Shown piece by piece: positions 1 to 8,732 of a stretch of DNA of 64,000 nt. Under the pieces are notes generated by a model. It was not told the origin of the DNA. It worked only from the letters and a program-made list of their open reading frames with translations, and ran no database searches. The position numbers and the translations under genes are program-made. Each line of letters starts with the position of its first letter. Within the stretch, counting starts at the first letter, position 1. The DNA comes from Candidatus Latescibacterota bacterium. GTDB lineage: Bacteria; Latescibacterota; UBA2968; GCA-2709665. The stretch is from assembly GCA_965208835.1 (NCBI GenBank), contig OZ242358.1, positions 4,128,001-4,192,000 on the forward strand. The letters run 5' to 3'.

Positions 1-9
1 TACAGGATC

Positions 10-1698
10 TCAGAAAAAATTCAGGTCCAGTTTCATTCGCCATTCGTTCGTTCCTCCGTCCCCGCGTTTGCCGCCACGAATGGATACATTGCGCTCACGC
101 GTCAGCCGATAGGTTGCGGAAAAAACGAGGTCGGAGCACGGCTCGAAAACCAGGTCCGCGCCAATTTGCGTCCGCCTTTCCACCGTGCCGCTCAGGAATT
201 CCCGAATCGCAGGATCCTCCGGCCGCCGTCCCCGCCGCGCATCTCCTCCGACATTCGTCAGCGTACCGTCAGATCTATCGATATTCTCTCCCAGACGCGT
301 CCTTTCGAAGCCAAGGGCCGCAGAAACCGAGGGAGAGAGCCGGTGCGTCAGCCTGGCCCAGACCCGGTCCGAATTCGGTCCGGTCGGATAACCCAGGAGC
401 GCGTCGAAATGCGTAAACGCGTTTATATTGAACCTGTGAGAGTACACAAACGGTTCGATGTGCACGAACTCGGCTCGAAAATCCGTATCCGGCAACCCGA
501 ACGCATCCACCCAGAACACGCCCGCCTGTGCCGCGAGCTTGTTTGAGAAGTCGCCAGGGCTGAACTTCCTCAAGTCATCCATAAATAACGCGAGATAGGT
601 CTGTATCCGTTTGACCGGCCGAAGAGAAATATCCAGCCCCACAGCCAGGTTGTCCTTGTCCCCCACCGCCATCTGAGCAGCGGTGAGTACCGAAGCGGGA
701 GATGCATAAAGAAACTCGAAATCACGGTCTCCGTATATCACCGCCTCCTGGAATCCCAGACGTACGCGCGGAGAAACATCGACCTCCACCCGGTGGGCGG
801 CAATCGCCTTGGAACGAAGAAACGTGCGGCGGTGACCGTTGTCAAAACCCGTGCGGGACGGGTCCACAAGACCCGAATCGGCTTCCAGGAACCCGAGGAT
901 GTGGATGAAACGCACCCGCCTGTACGCCGTCCGGAACCGAGCCATCCCGAACGTCGGCGCGAAAGGCGCCAGCAGCAGGTTGCCGCTCCTGCCCGGGCCC
1001 CAGTCCAGGCTGCCCTTTGCGGCATCCGCGTCGAACCAGCGCGTCGCCCACACCAGCTGATAGGTGGCTTCGCGAAAGTCCACCGCCTTTCCCTTGAATT
1101 GAACCAGTTCGATCGGCCGCGCCAGTACGTCCGCCCGGGTCAGGCGGGGCAGGGTACTCCACTCCCTGGCTTCGAAGTGCCGCGCGCGAAAACCGAGACG
1201 GTCTCCAAGCGTGCCGCGGACAATCGCGCCGATATGCGTTTGCGAAACCGTTTCCTTCTCTCTGACCTCGCCCCGAACCAGAATCAGTTGCTGGCGGAAG
1301 AGCGCTTCGACTGCGACAGATGCAGACGTATCCCGCCGTGAAAAGAGTGCGCCCGCCAGCCGCTCGAGCGCGCCGGTACCGGCTTCGGGCGCGGCATAGC
1401 CCAACCGCGCGGCCTCCGTGCGAAAAGAGGCCAGATGTCTCTGGAGTATCCCCCGCTCTGTGCCGGACATGGCGGCCTTCGCATCGCGATTCCGCAGGAC
1501 GTGAATCAATAGCCCGGCGACTTTCAGACGTGTGTATGGCCTGGTCTGCGACGCGGCCGAGTCCAGCCAGCCATGGGCATCGTACCGGTCCAGTGTCCGA
1601 TAGACCCTATGGGTAAGCGGGACGTCCGGAGTATTGTCGCCCGCGTGGACAATCCCGCACAGGGAAAGAACAGCCAGCATGAGGAATGCGGATCTCAC
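10..1698 (-). CDS. Capsule assembly Wzi-family outer-membrane beta-barrel protein
   Basis: 562 aa; signal peptide; N-terminal VYRTLDR...RPYTR segment; WGPG..G.LLL, HR.E and DN motifs typical of Wzi-like proteins; ends in Phe (LDLNFF). Confidence 0.7.
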   Translation of the reverse strand: MRSAFLMLAVLSLCGIVHAGDNTPDVPLTHRVYRTLDRYDAHGWLDSAASQTRPYTRLKVAGLLIHVLRNRDAKAAMSGTERGILQRHLASFRTEAARLGYAAPEAGTGALERLAGALFSRRDTSASVAVEALFRQQLILVRGEVREKETVSQTHIGAIVRGTLGDRLGFRARHFEAREWSTLPRLTRADVLARPIELVQFKGKAVDFREATYQLVWATRWFDADAAKGSLDWGPGRSGNLLLAPFAPTFGMARFRTAYRRVRFIHILGFLEADSGLVDPSRTGFDNGHRRTFLRSKAIAAHRVEVDVSPRVRLGFQEAVIYGDRDFEFLYASPASVLTAAQMAVGDKDNLAVGLDISLRPVKRIQTYLALFMDDLRKFSPGDFSNKLAAQAGVFWVDAFGLPDTDFRAEFVHIEPFVYSHRFNINAFTHFDALLGYPTGPNSDRVWARLTHRLSPSVSAALGFERTRLGENIDRSDGTLTNVGGDARRGRRPEDPAIREFLSGTVERRTQIGADLVFEPCSDLVFSATYRLTRERNVSIRGGKRGDGGTNEWRMKLDLNFF

Positions 1699-1856
1699 GA
1701 CGCCTTTTCCGGAGGAAACGGGACTCCGTGGAAAACTGACTTTCCGGTACCGTCACGACGGCCTCGGCCATGCCTGCAGACACGCCGTCCGAAGTGCCCG
1801 AACTGAAGAATAAACACCAGCTTCCCGATTCTCCAGGCCGGACGACAGTCCGCCCA

Positions 1857-1884
1857 ATTATACCATAACCCCGCGAATTGTCAA
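1857..1884 (-). promoter_or_regulatory. Sigma70-type promoter for the Wzi-like gene
   Basis: Minus strand reads TTGACA-N16-TATAAT, with an extended -10 TG. Confidence 0.7.
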
Positions 1885-1932
1885 GCGAACGGCCTCCGAA
1901 GTTCAAGCGGCTGTACTTTCCCCCGAAATCCC

Positions 1933-1961
1933 TTGACTTTGCATGGTCAACCTGCTATTAT
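1933..1961 (+). promoter_or_regulatory. Sigma70-type promoter for the BMC locus, overlapped by a TTGAC-N8-GTCAA palindrome
   Basis: TTGACT-N17-TATTAT; divergent from the minus-strand promoter. Confidence 0.6.
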
Positions 1962-2089
1962 TCGCATCCTGAATTCGGATTCACACCTGATTTCGGTCCA
2001 GCAAACGCCCAATTCGCATCCTGTTCCGGAAACGAGGCGCCGTTCGGCTGTCCGCGTCGGGGCAGAACACGTATGGGCGCCGCGTCCCG

Positions 2090-2806
2090 ATGGTACAGAC
2101 ATTCAAACCTGCTTCTGAATGCGCGGACTGCAAGCTTTGCGAACGAGGGCGGACGGTCGCGCCCGGCAATGGGTCGCCGGATATCGCCCGCGTCGTCCGG
2201 GAAGTCGTCGGGAGGATTCGGAGCGGAAAAGACGGCCTCATCGAAGTTCCGGTGGGTGTCTCCGCAAGGCACTGTCACCTGAACCGTGAAGCCATGGATA
2301 TTCTCTTCGGGGCGGGGTCGGAACTCACGCCTTACAGAGAGCTCTTTCAGCCCGGCGCGTATGCGGCGGAAGAATGCGTCTCCGTGATCGGGCCCCGGCT
2401 GCGCGCCATCGAGCGCGTGCGGATTCTGGGACCCGCCCGGGACTATAACCAGGTCGAATTGGCCCGTACGGACGCCATCTTTCTAGGTCTCGATCCCCCA
2501 GTGCGGGACTCGGGCGACCTGCAGGGCGCCCAGCGGGTCACTTTTGTGGGCCCGAAGGGGTCCCTTACCGTGCCCGCCGCCATCCGCGCCGTGCGGCACC
2601 TACATCTCCGACCCATGGACGTTGCGGATATGGGGCTCGCCGGGCGCAGCGCCGTTCGCGCTCACATCGGCGGCGACAAGGGACTCACCTTTGAGAATGT
2701 CAGGCTGAAAATCGATCCCGACTATCTGCCCGAACTTCATCTGGACACCGACGACGCCAACGCGGCCGACCTAGTTTGCGGAGGCAAGGCATTCGTCGAA
2801 TCCTGA
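2090..2806 (+). CDS. pduL: PduL-type phosphotransacylase with N-terminal CxxCxxC and encapsulation peptide
   Basis: VPVGVSARHCHL, RHLH and ELHLDTDDANA motifs; amphipathic DIARVVREVVGRI. Confidence 0.92.
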   Translation: MVQTFKPASECADCKLCERGRTVAPGNGSPDIARVVREVVGRIRSGKDGLIEVPVGVSARHCHLNREAMDILFGAGSELTPYRELFQPGAYAAEECVSVIGPRLRAIERVRILGPARDYNQVELARTDAIFLGLDPPVRDSGDLQGAQRVTFVGPKGSLTVPAAIRAVRHLHLRPMDVADMGLAGRSAVRAHIGGDKGLTFENVRLKIDPDYLPELHLDTDDANAADLVCGGKAFVES

Positions 2807-2835
2807 GAAGCCGCTTTCCGGGGGTCCGGGCAAAG

Positions 2836-2934
2836 CAGCCCGTTGAAAAAGTCCATCCGGGCTACGGCCGGCCCTTGCGGTCGAAATACTGCGTTGCGCG
2901 CCCTCGCCTGCAGAGCGACTTTATCAACGGACTG
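2836..2934. mobile_element. MITE family C, internally deleted copy
   Basis: Inverted ends CAGCCCGTTGAAAAAG / CTTTATCAACGGACTG; near-identical to 21664-21809 apart from a central deletion. Confidence 0.75.
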
Positions 2935-2942
2935 ATAACTCA

Positions 2943-4400
2943 TTGGCGTCTTTGTGGACTAAAAAGGCTATCAGAGCTGTACCGAATCGTCTGACCAGCG
3001 CGCGAATCTTCATCCTGGTGGTGTTGCTGACGCCTCCGGCTGTCGCATGTTATCACCGGGTGCAGATGGACGATCCCTATATCACGTACCGCTATGCGCG
3101 AAACCTCGCTGAAGGACGAGGCTTTGTCTATAACGAAGGCGAACGGGTGCTCGGTACCACGGCGCCGCTTTACGCTGTGCTCCTCTCGGTTCCCGGCCGG
3201 ATCGCCGGAAATTTTCCGCTGATCAGCACCCTTTTCAGCGGCGCGGTGCTGGGAGCGCTTGGATGGCTGATTGCGCGCATCCTGGCAGACTTCAATGAAA
3301 ACAGGGGCGGTTTCGTTGCCGCGTTTCTCGTGGTTCTGAATCCGTATCTTGGCGACGTACTGGGATTTGAACTGATTCTGTTCCAGGCGCTGATATTCGG
3401 CGCCTACGCGGCCTATTTTTCGGACCGCCCGAATCTCGCGGCTGTGCTGCTGGCGCTTGGCACGCTTACCCGCGGTGACGGGCTCGTACCAGCGGGACTG
3501 ATCCTGGGCCACTACCTGTGGATTCACAGGGGAGAGGCCTGGCGGCCGCTCCTTGTCTTCGCCGTTATTGTCGGCGGGTGGTCGATCTACGCGGCGTGGA
3601 CCTTCGGTTCGCCCTTTCCCAATACGCTCGAGGCAAAGCGGGCGATGGGCGCGAGCGGGCTCTGGCGGTCGTTATGGCACGGCGTCCTCTACACCGGCTG
3701 GCGTTACCTTGAGTCGTCGCCTTTTTTCGTCTGGTTTGCGCTGCCGGCGCTCCTTGGCGTCATCAGGATATTTCGTCTGGACAGGCGCATTCTGCTCATC
3801 GCGAGCTGGCCGTTACTCATCTTTCTCGGGTACTGGGCGATGGGCGTGCCGGCGGCCTATAACTATTATGCCGGACTGGTACCGCTCCTGATGATCCTGA
3901 CCGCTCTGGGCACGGCCTCGCTGGCCGGCCGGCTCGCGCGCGAGTGGTCCGGCTGGCGGCGCCATGAAATCCGGATATGCGCGCTGCTGTGTATCCCGCT
4001 GCTGATTGCCGTACTGACCCCAACCGTCAATCTTTTGGGCCGGGAGCCCCAACCGCGTTACCGCATCTACAGGACGGCCGGTGAGTGGCTCGCAGAAAAT
4101 ACACCGGCGAATGCTACCGTCGGAATGGTCGAAATTGGCATCGTGGGCTTTTACAGCGACCGCTATATTGTGGACGTCTGCGGTCTGATCACCCCCACGG
4201 TCGGACCCCACATAGCGGCCGGCGACGTTTCCTGGCCCATTCGGACGTACAGGCCGGATTTCATGCTCTTGCACGATCCGCTCTGGGCTTCTCTCGAAAG
4301 CCCGATCGCGTCCGCACCGTGGTTCCGGGAATCCTACGAATGTATCAGGACCTTCGACGGCCCACGTCCCTACAGGCTGGTCGTCTACAGGAAAAAATAG
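2943..4400 (+). CDS. Polytopic membrane GT-C-fold glycosyltransferase-like protein
   Basis: DDPYITYRYARNLAEGRGFVYNEGERVLGTT motif after the first TM; many TM helices; C-terminal EIGIVGFYS...DVCGLI; start uncertain. Confidence 0.7.
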   Translation: MASLWTKKAIRAVPNRLTSARIFILVVLLTPPAVACYHRVQMDDPYITYRYARNLAEGRGFVYNEGERVLGTTAPLYAVLLSVPGRIAGNFPLISTLFSGAVLGALGWLIARILADFNENRGGFVAAFLVVLNPYLGDVLGFELILFQALIFGAYAAYFSDRPNLAAVLLALGTLTRGDGLVPAGLILGHYLWIHRGEAWRPLLVFAVIVGGWSIYAAWTFGSPFPNTLEAKRAMGASGLWRSLWHGVLYTGWRYLESSPFFVWFALPALLGVIRIFRLDRRILLIASWPLLIFLGYWAMGVPAAYNYYAGLVPLLMILTALGTASLAGRLAREWSGWRRHEIRICALLCIPLLIAVLTPTVNLLGREPQPRYRIYRTAGEWLAENTPANATVGMVEIGIVGFYSDRYIVDVCGLITPTVGPHIAAGDVSWPIRTYRPDFMLLHDPLWASLESPIASAPWFRESYECIRTFDGPRPYRLVVYRKK

Positions 4401-4457
4401 GTGGGCGCTATACCCGCCTGGATTGGGTCGAACACTCTCAACAGGAGGAATCGCGAC

Positions 4458-4739
4458 ATGGGTGAAGCCCTTGGCTTGATCGAAACCAAAGGTCTGGTGG
4501 CGATGATTGAAGCGACCGACGCCATGGTGAAAGCGGCCAACGTAAAGCTAGTAAACTGGGAAAAAATCGGCGCCGGCTACGTGACTGCCGTTGTCCGGGG
4601 CGACGTGGCCGCCGTTAAAGCCGCTACCGAGGCTGGCGCCGCCGCCGCCGGCAAGATTGGCGAGCTGGTTTCCGTGCATGTGATTCCGCGGCCCCATGGC
4701 AGCCTCGAAGATGTGCTGCCCATTGGAAAATCGTCCTGA
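4458..4739 (+). CDS. eutM: BMC hexameric shell protein (EutM/PduA/CcmK family)
   Basis: [33 protein letters not shown]; AGGAGG SD upstream of the ATG at 4458. Confidence 0.93.
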   Translation: MGEALGLIETKGLVAMIEATDAMVKAANVKLVNWEKIGAGYVTAVVRGDVAAVKAATEAGAAAAGKIGELVSVHVIPRPHGSLEDVLPIGKSS

Positions 4740-4940
4740 GAAGCTGTTAAAAAACTCCCAGCGGTCTTCGCGCGGCTGCAAAAGCGCCGGCCGGCGTTGT
4801 GCAAAGCCACCCGTCTTACGAGGTCGAGGCTGCGTTTGCTCGCATCTCATAGCCGGCTTCACCCGTCGGTGCTGCGCGCCTCATAGCCGCCACTTTTTCG
4901 CTCGCGCTCGGGAACTCACCGGTGTCTTCTAAACAGCTTC
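4740..4940. mobile_element. MITE family A, copy 1 (IS5/IS1031-like ends, 3-bp TGA target duplication)
   Basis: TIR GAAGCTGTT.../...AACAGCTTC; TGA on both sides, the left one being the shell-gene stop; body matches 8498-8731 and 14096-14305. Confidence 0.85.
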
Positions 4941-4960
4941 TGAAACGCTGAGCGTCTACA

Positions 4961-5257
4961 ATGATACTGTGTAAAGTGGTGGGGACGGTTGTCGCCACCC
5001 AGAAAGACAAGGGGCTCGAGGGGTTCAAACTCCAGGTCGTTCAGACCCTGGACATTCAGACCCTGAAGCCGGGAAGCCGTTTCCTGGTCGCCGTCGACGC
5101 CGTCGGCGCCGGTACCAATGAAGTCGTCCTGTGTACAAGCGGAAGTTCCGCGCGTATGACCGGCTCGACCGAAGACCGTCCGGTCGACGCGGTCGTCGTC
5201 GCCATCGTCGATTCTGTCGAGATGGAGGGCGAATCGACCTACCGGAAACACCCATAA
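4961..5257 (+). CDS. eutN: BMC pentameric vertex protein (EutN/CcmL)
   Basis: KVVGTVVATQK, VAVDAVGAG, GSSAR, PVDAVVVAIVD. Confidence 0.93.
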   Translation: MILCKVVGTVVATQKDKGLEGFKLQVVQTLDIQTLKPGSRFLVAVDAVGAGTNEVVLCTSGSSARMTGSTEDRPVDAVVVAIVDSVEMEGESTYRKHP

Positions 5258-5348
5258 ATGAACCTTGACACATAATTGTTCACGGACCTGAATGTCGAAT
5301 AAATACAGAAGAGCGAAGATGAATGGACGTCGAAATTTCAGGATGCCT

Positions 5349-5478
5349 GGTGAGACGTAAGACGTAAGACGGTAGAGATTACCTGCCCGGTGAGAATTCC
5401 TTTTATGCCAAAGGCTCAGGAGGAAAACATACCTGGCGGGTGCTTCTTCTCCCGTCTCACCTCTACCTTCTCCCCGCA
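5349..5478. repeat. Element D, copy 1: inverted heptamer arrays around a conserved ~75-nt core
   Basis: GAGACGT/AAGACGT/AAGACGG on the left, TCTCCCG/TCTCACC/TCTACCT on the right; core resembles that in 47843-48040. Confidence 0.6.
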
Positions 5479-5506
5479 TTCAGGCTTTTTGTGGTCAATT
5501 TGACTG

Positions 5507-6943
5507 ATGAACTTCAGCGAAGCACAAATCAGATCCGTCGTTGAGGAAGTCGTCCGAACCCTCGCGCCGGAAGGGCAGGCTCCCGCGGTCGTCTCGCCTC
5601 CCGTCCGGACGCCCGGAAACGGGGACGATGGCATATTCGAACGTCTGGACAGTGCGATCGAAGCGTCTGCTCGTGCCCAGCGCGAACTGGAGGCCCTGTC
5701 GCTGGAGGCCAGGCGCGGAATTATCGAGGCCATTCGAAATGCGGCGCTGGACCATGCCAAGGGCCTCGCGCAGATGACCATCGACGAGACCGGAATGGGC
5801 AGAATTGCCCACAAGATCCGGAAGTTCGACGTGGTTGCCCGTCTCACCCCCGGCGTCGAGGACCTGGAACCGGTGGCCTGGACCGGAGACCGAGGACTGA
5901 CCGTCGTGGAACTGGCGCCCTTCGGCGTCGTTGCCGCCGTCACACCCTCCACACATCCGGTTCCCACGACCGTGAACAACGCCATCAGCCTGATCTCCGC
6001 GGGAAACAGTGCAGTAATTGCGCCTCATCCTGCCGCGAAAAAGGTCTCCCAGCTGGGCATTCAAATCCTCAACCGGGCGATTGTCGACGCGGGAGGACCT
6101 CCAAACCTGTTGACCGCTGTCCATGACCCCAGTATTCAGACCGCCCAGGAACTCTTCGTACATCCGAAGATCGACCTGGTGCTGGTGACTGGCGGGGGTG
6201 GCGTGGTCAAGGCCGCAATGCAGGCGCCGAAGAGAGTCATCGCCGCGGGTCCCGGGAATCCCCCGGTGGTGGTCGACGAAACCGCTGACCTTGACACGGC
6301 GGCGGCGGGCATCGTGGAAGGCGGCGCATTCGACAACAATATCCTCTGCATCGGCGAAAAGGAAATCTTCGTCGTCGAATCCGTCGCCGACGAACTCAAG
6401 CGTTCACTCCTTTCAAGGGGATGCGTGGAACTGGACCGCGGCCAGATCGACAGCCTGACCGGGTGCGCATTCACCGCAGATGATGGCGGCGAACATATCG
6501 TCAACCGGGAATTCGTGGGACGAAACCCGCACGTCCTCGCCGAGAGCATTGGCCTGAACGTACCGCCCGAAACCGAGTTGCTGATCGGCGAGGTTGAAGC
6601 CCGGCATCCCTTCACGCAGAACGAACAGATGATGCCGTTCATCCCAATTGTCCGGGTTCCCGACGTCAACACCGGGATCGAAAGGGCCGTGGAGGCCGAA
6701 CACGGCTATCACCACACAGCGGTGATGCACTCAAAGAACGTCGAAAACATGACCAACATGGCGAGGGCCTGCCGCTGCAGTCTCTTTATCAAGAATGGTC
6801 CGTCCACCGCCGGCGTGGGGGCCGGCGGCGAAGGATACACCTCATTTTCCATCGCAACGCCCACCGGCGAGGGCTGCACGTCGGCCAGAACCTTCACGCG
6901 CCAGCGACGCTGCACGCTGGTCGACTATTTCAGAATCGTCTGA
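5507..6943 (+). CDS. CoA-acylating aldehyde dehydrogenase (EutE/PduP family) with N-terminal encapsulation peptide
   Basis: PFGVVAAVTPSTHP, TGGGGVV, AGPGNPP, FDNNILC (catalytic Cys), TGEG...FTRQRR. Confidence 0.93.
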   Translation: MNFSEAQIRSVVEEVVRTLAPEGQAPAVVSPPVRTPGNGDDGIFERLDSAIEASARAQRELEALSLEARRGIIEAIRNAALDHAKGLAQMTIDETGMGRIAHKIRKFDVVARLTPGVEDLEPVAWTGDRGLTVVELAPFGVVAAVTPSTHPVPTTVNNAISLISAGNSAVIAPHPAAKKVSQLGIQILNRAIVDAGGPPNLLTAVHDPSIQTAQELFVHPKIDLVLVTGGGGVVKAAMQAPKRVIAAGPGNPPVVVDETADLDTAAAGIVEGGAFDNNILCIGEKEIFVVESVADELKRSLLSRGCVELDRGQIDSLTGCAFTADDGGEHIVNREFVGRNPHVLAESIGLNVPPETELLIGEVEARHPFTQNEQMMPFIPIVRVPDVNTGIERAVEAEHGYHHTAVMHSKNVENMTNMARACRCSLFIKNGPSTAGVGAGGEGYTSFSIATPTGEGCTSARTFTRQRRCTLVDYFRIV

Positions 6944-6992
6944 AATCCGGCGAGGACCATTCCCGGTTTCCACTTTCAACGCCCAGGTGCCC

Positions 6993-7265
6993 ATGCAACT
7001 CGGCCGCGTCTCAGGAAAAATCATAGCCACAAGGAAAGACCCTTCGCTCACCGGCATCCGGATGCTCGTAATCCAACCTTTGGACCACCGCCGAAACGAT
7101 TTCGGAGATGCGATCGTGGCTGTCGACGTCGTTAGCGCGGGACAGGGCGAGACCGTCTACTGGGTCAGCGCGAGGGAAGCGCCCAATGCCCTGCCCGGGA
7201 AATACGGGCCGGTGGACGCCGCCATCGTCGGCATCGCCGACCGGATCGATATCCGGAACGAATAA
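6993..7265 (+). CDS. eutN: BMC pentameric vertex protein (EutN/CcmL)
   Basis: MQLGRVSGKIIATRK...VAVD...PVDAAIVGIAD. Confidence 0.9.
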   Translation: MQLGRVSGKIIATRKDPSLTGIRMLVIQPLDHRRNDFGDAIVAVDVVSAGQGETVYWVSAREAPNALPGKYGPVDAAIVGIADRIDIRNE

Positions 7266-7314
7266 TGCCTGAGCCGTGCGCAGTTCTCCGGCCTTACCCA
7301 GATCTCCGGTTCCC

Positions 7315-7593
7315 ATGATTCTTGCACGAGTCATCGGCAGCGTTGTTTCCACCCTGAAACATCCGGCCTACGAAGCCACAAAACTAATGGTGGTACAACC
7401 TGTCCAACCGGACGGCGCCGACGCGGATGACACCCTGCTTGCCGTCGACGCGGCCGGTGCGGGCGCGGGCGAAACCGTACTCGTCCTCCGCCAGGGCATT
7501 GCGGCCGCGCAGGTCCTGGGGGTGGACCGGCCGCCCATCCGCTCCGTAATCGTCGGGATTGTGGATCGGGTCGACTGTGAGCCGCAGAGGTAG
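7315..7593 (+). CDS. eutN: BMC pentameric vertex protein (EutN/CcmL)
   Basis: MILARVIGSVVSTLK...LAVDAAGAG...PIRSVIVGIVD. Confidence 0.9.
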   Translation: MILARVIGSVVSTLKHPAYEATKLMVVQPVQPDGADADDTLLAVDAAGAGAGETVLVLRQGIAAAQVLGVDRPPIRSVIVGIVDRVDCEPQR

Positions 7594-7639
7594 ATGAACC
7601 GCAGCCGTCGACGACCTGCGCAACTTAGAAGGTCATATC

Positions 7640-8470
7640 GTGATGACACTCCATCAGGCGAAACTGGATATCCTGGAAGCAGGGCGCAGACTCTACGACA
7701 GAAGTTACATCGTCTCGAGCGACGGCAATATCTCCGCCCGCTTCGACGAAGGCCGCCTGATTGTAACACCCAGCGGGCTGTGCAAAGGGAATCTCTCCGT
7801 AGAGGATTTGTGCGTCTGCGATATGGAAGGCAGGAAGATCAGCGGCCAGCGCAGCCCTTCCTCGGAAATCGGCATGCATCTCTTCCTCTACAGGGAAAGG
7901 CCCGACATCAAGGCGGTCGTCCACGCGCATCCGCCTACGGCTACGGGATTCTCAGTTGCCGGAATGCCGCTCACCGATTGCGTTCTGCCCGAGGTCGTGA
8001 TCACGCTCGGCTCGATACCCACGGCGAAGTACGGCACGCCCGGGGGTCCGGAGATCTCCGAACCGATTCGAAAATTCGTCAAGGACTACGACGCCTATCT
8101 GCTCGAGAATCATGGCGCTACCACCGTGGGTTCCGACGTGATGAACGCCTATTTCAAAATGGAAACACTGGAACATTTCGCGCGAATCCTCTTCGTGGCG
8201 CGCCAGCTGGGCGGCGCCAACGTCCTGAACCAGGAACAGGTCGACAAACTCCTCCGGATCCGCGAACGCCTGGGTATCCGGGGCCCGGATCCCGCGTGCG
8301 CCGTCGGCGATGCGCCGTCCGGGCCTGACACGTCAGAATCGGAAATCCCTACCCGTCGCACACGCAGCGCCTCGAACCCTGCAGGCGATCCTCCTCCGCC
8401 GGAAGACGACCTCATCACCGAAATCACCCGCCAGGTGACGCACGAGCTCCGCACCAGGATCCAGCGATAA
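7640..8470 (+). CDS. Class II aldolase (fuculose/rhamnulose-1-phosphate aldolase-like) with C-terminal encapsulation peptide
   Basis: DGNISAR, TPSG, PSSEIGMH, VVHAHPP, LENHGA; Pro/Ser linker then DLITEITRQVTHELRTRI. Confidence 0.9.
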   Translation: MMTLHQAKLDILEAGRRLYDRSYIVSSDGNISARFDEGRLIVTPSGLCKGNLSVEDLCVCDMEGRKISGQRSPSSEIGMHLFLYRERPDIKAVVHAHPPTATGFSVAGMPLTDCVLPEVVITLGSIPTAKYGTPGGPEISEPIRKFVKDYDAYLLENHGATTVGSDVMNAYFKMETLEHFARILFVARQLGGANVLNQEQVDKLLRIRERLGIRGPDPACAVGDAPSGPDTSESEIPTRRTRSASNPAGDPPPPEDDLITEITRQVTHELRTRIQR

Positions 8471-8497
8471 TCTGAAACACCTCAAGCAGCCGCTGAT

Positions 8498-8731
8498 GAA
8501 GCTGTCTTAGAATTCCCAGCGGTCTTCGCGCGGCTGCAAAAGCGCCGGTCAGCGTTGGTCAAACCCACCCGTCTTACGAGATCGAGGCTGCGCTTGCTCG
8601 CCTCTCATAGCCGGATTCTCCCGCCGGCGCTGCGCGCCCCTCGTGCCTCGGCACTGCGCGCCCCTCGTGCCTCATAACCGCCACTTTTTCGCTCACGCTC
8701 GGGGCCTCACCGGTAATTTTAAGACAACTTC
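8498..8731. mobile_element. MITE family A, copy 2 (internal ~24-bp tandem duplication)
   Basis: GAAGCTGTCTTA...TAAGACAACTTC ends; CTGCGCGCCCCTCGTGCCTC occurs twice; ends 1 nt before the ackA ATG. Confidence 0.85.
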
Positions 8732-8732
8732 C

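Noticed and set aside
8643-8732. ackA and 29137 amidohydrolase ORF extensions, and small ORFs such as 14063-14251 and 24570-24845
   Set aside because: These are translations of MITE sequence, not genes.
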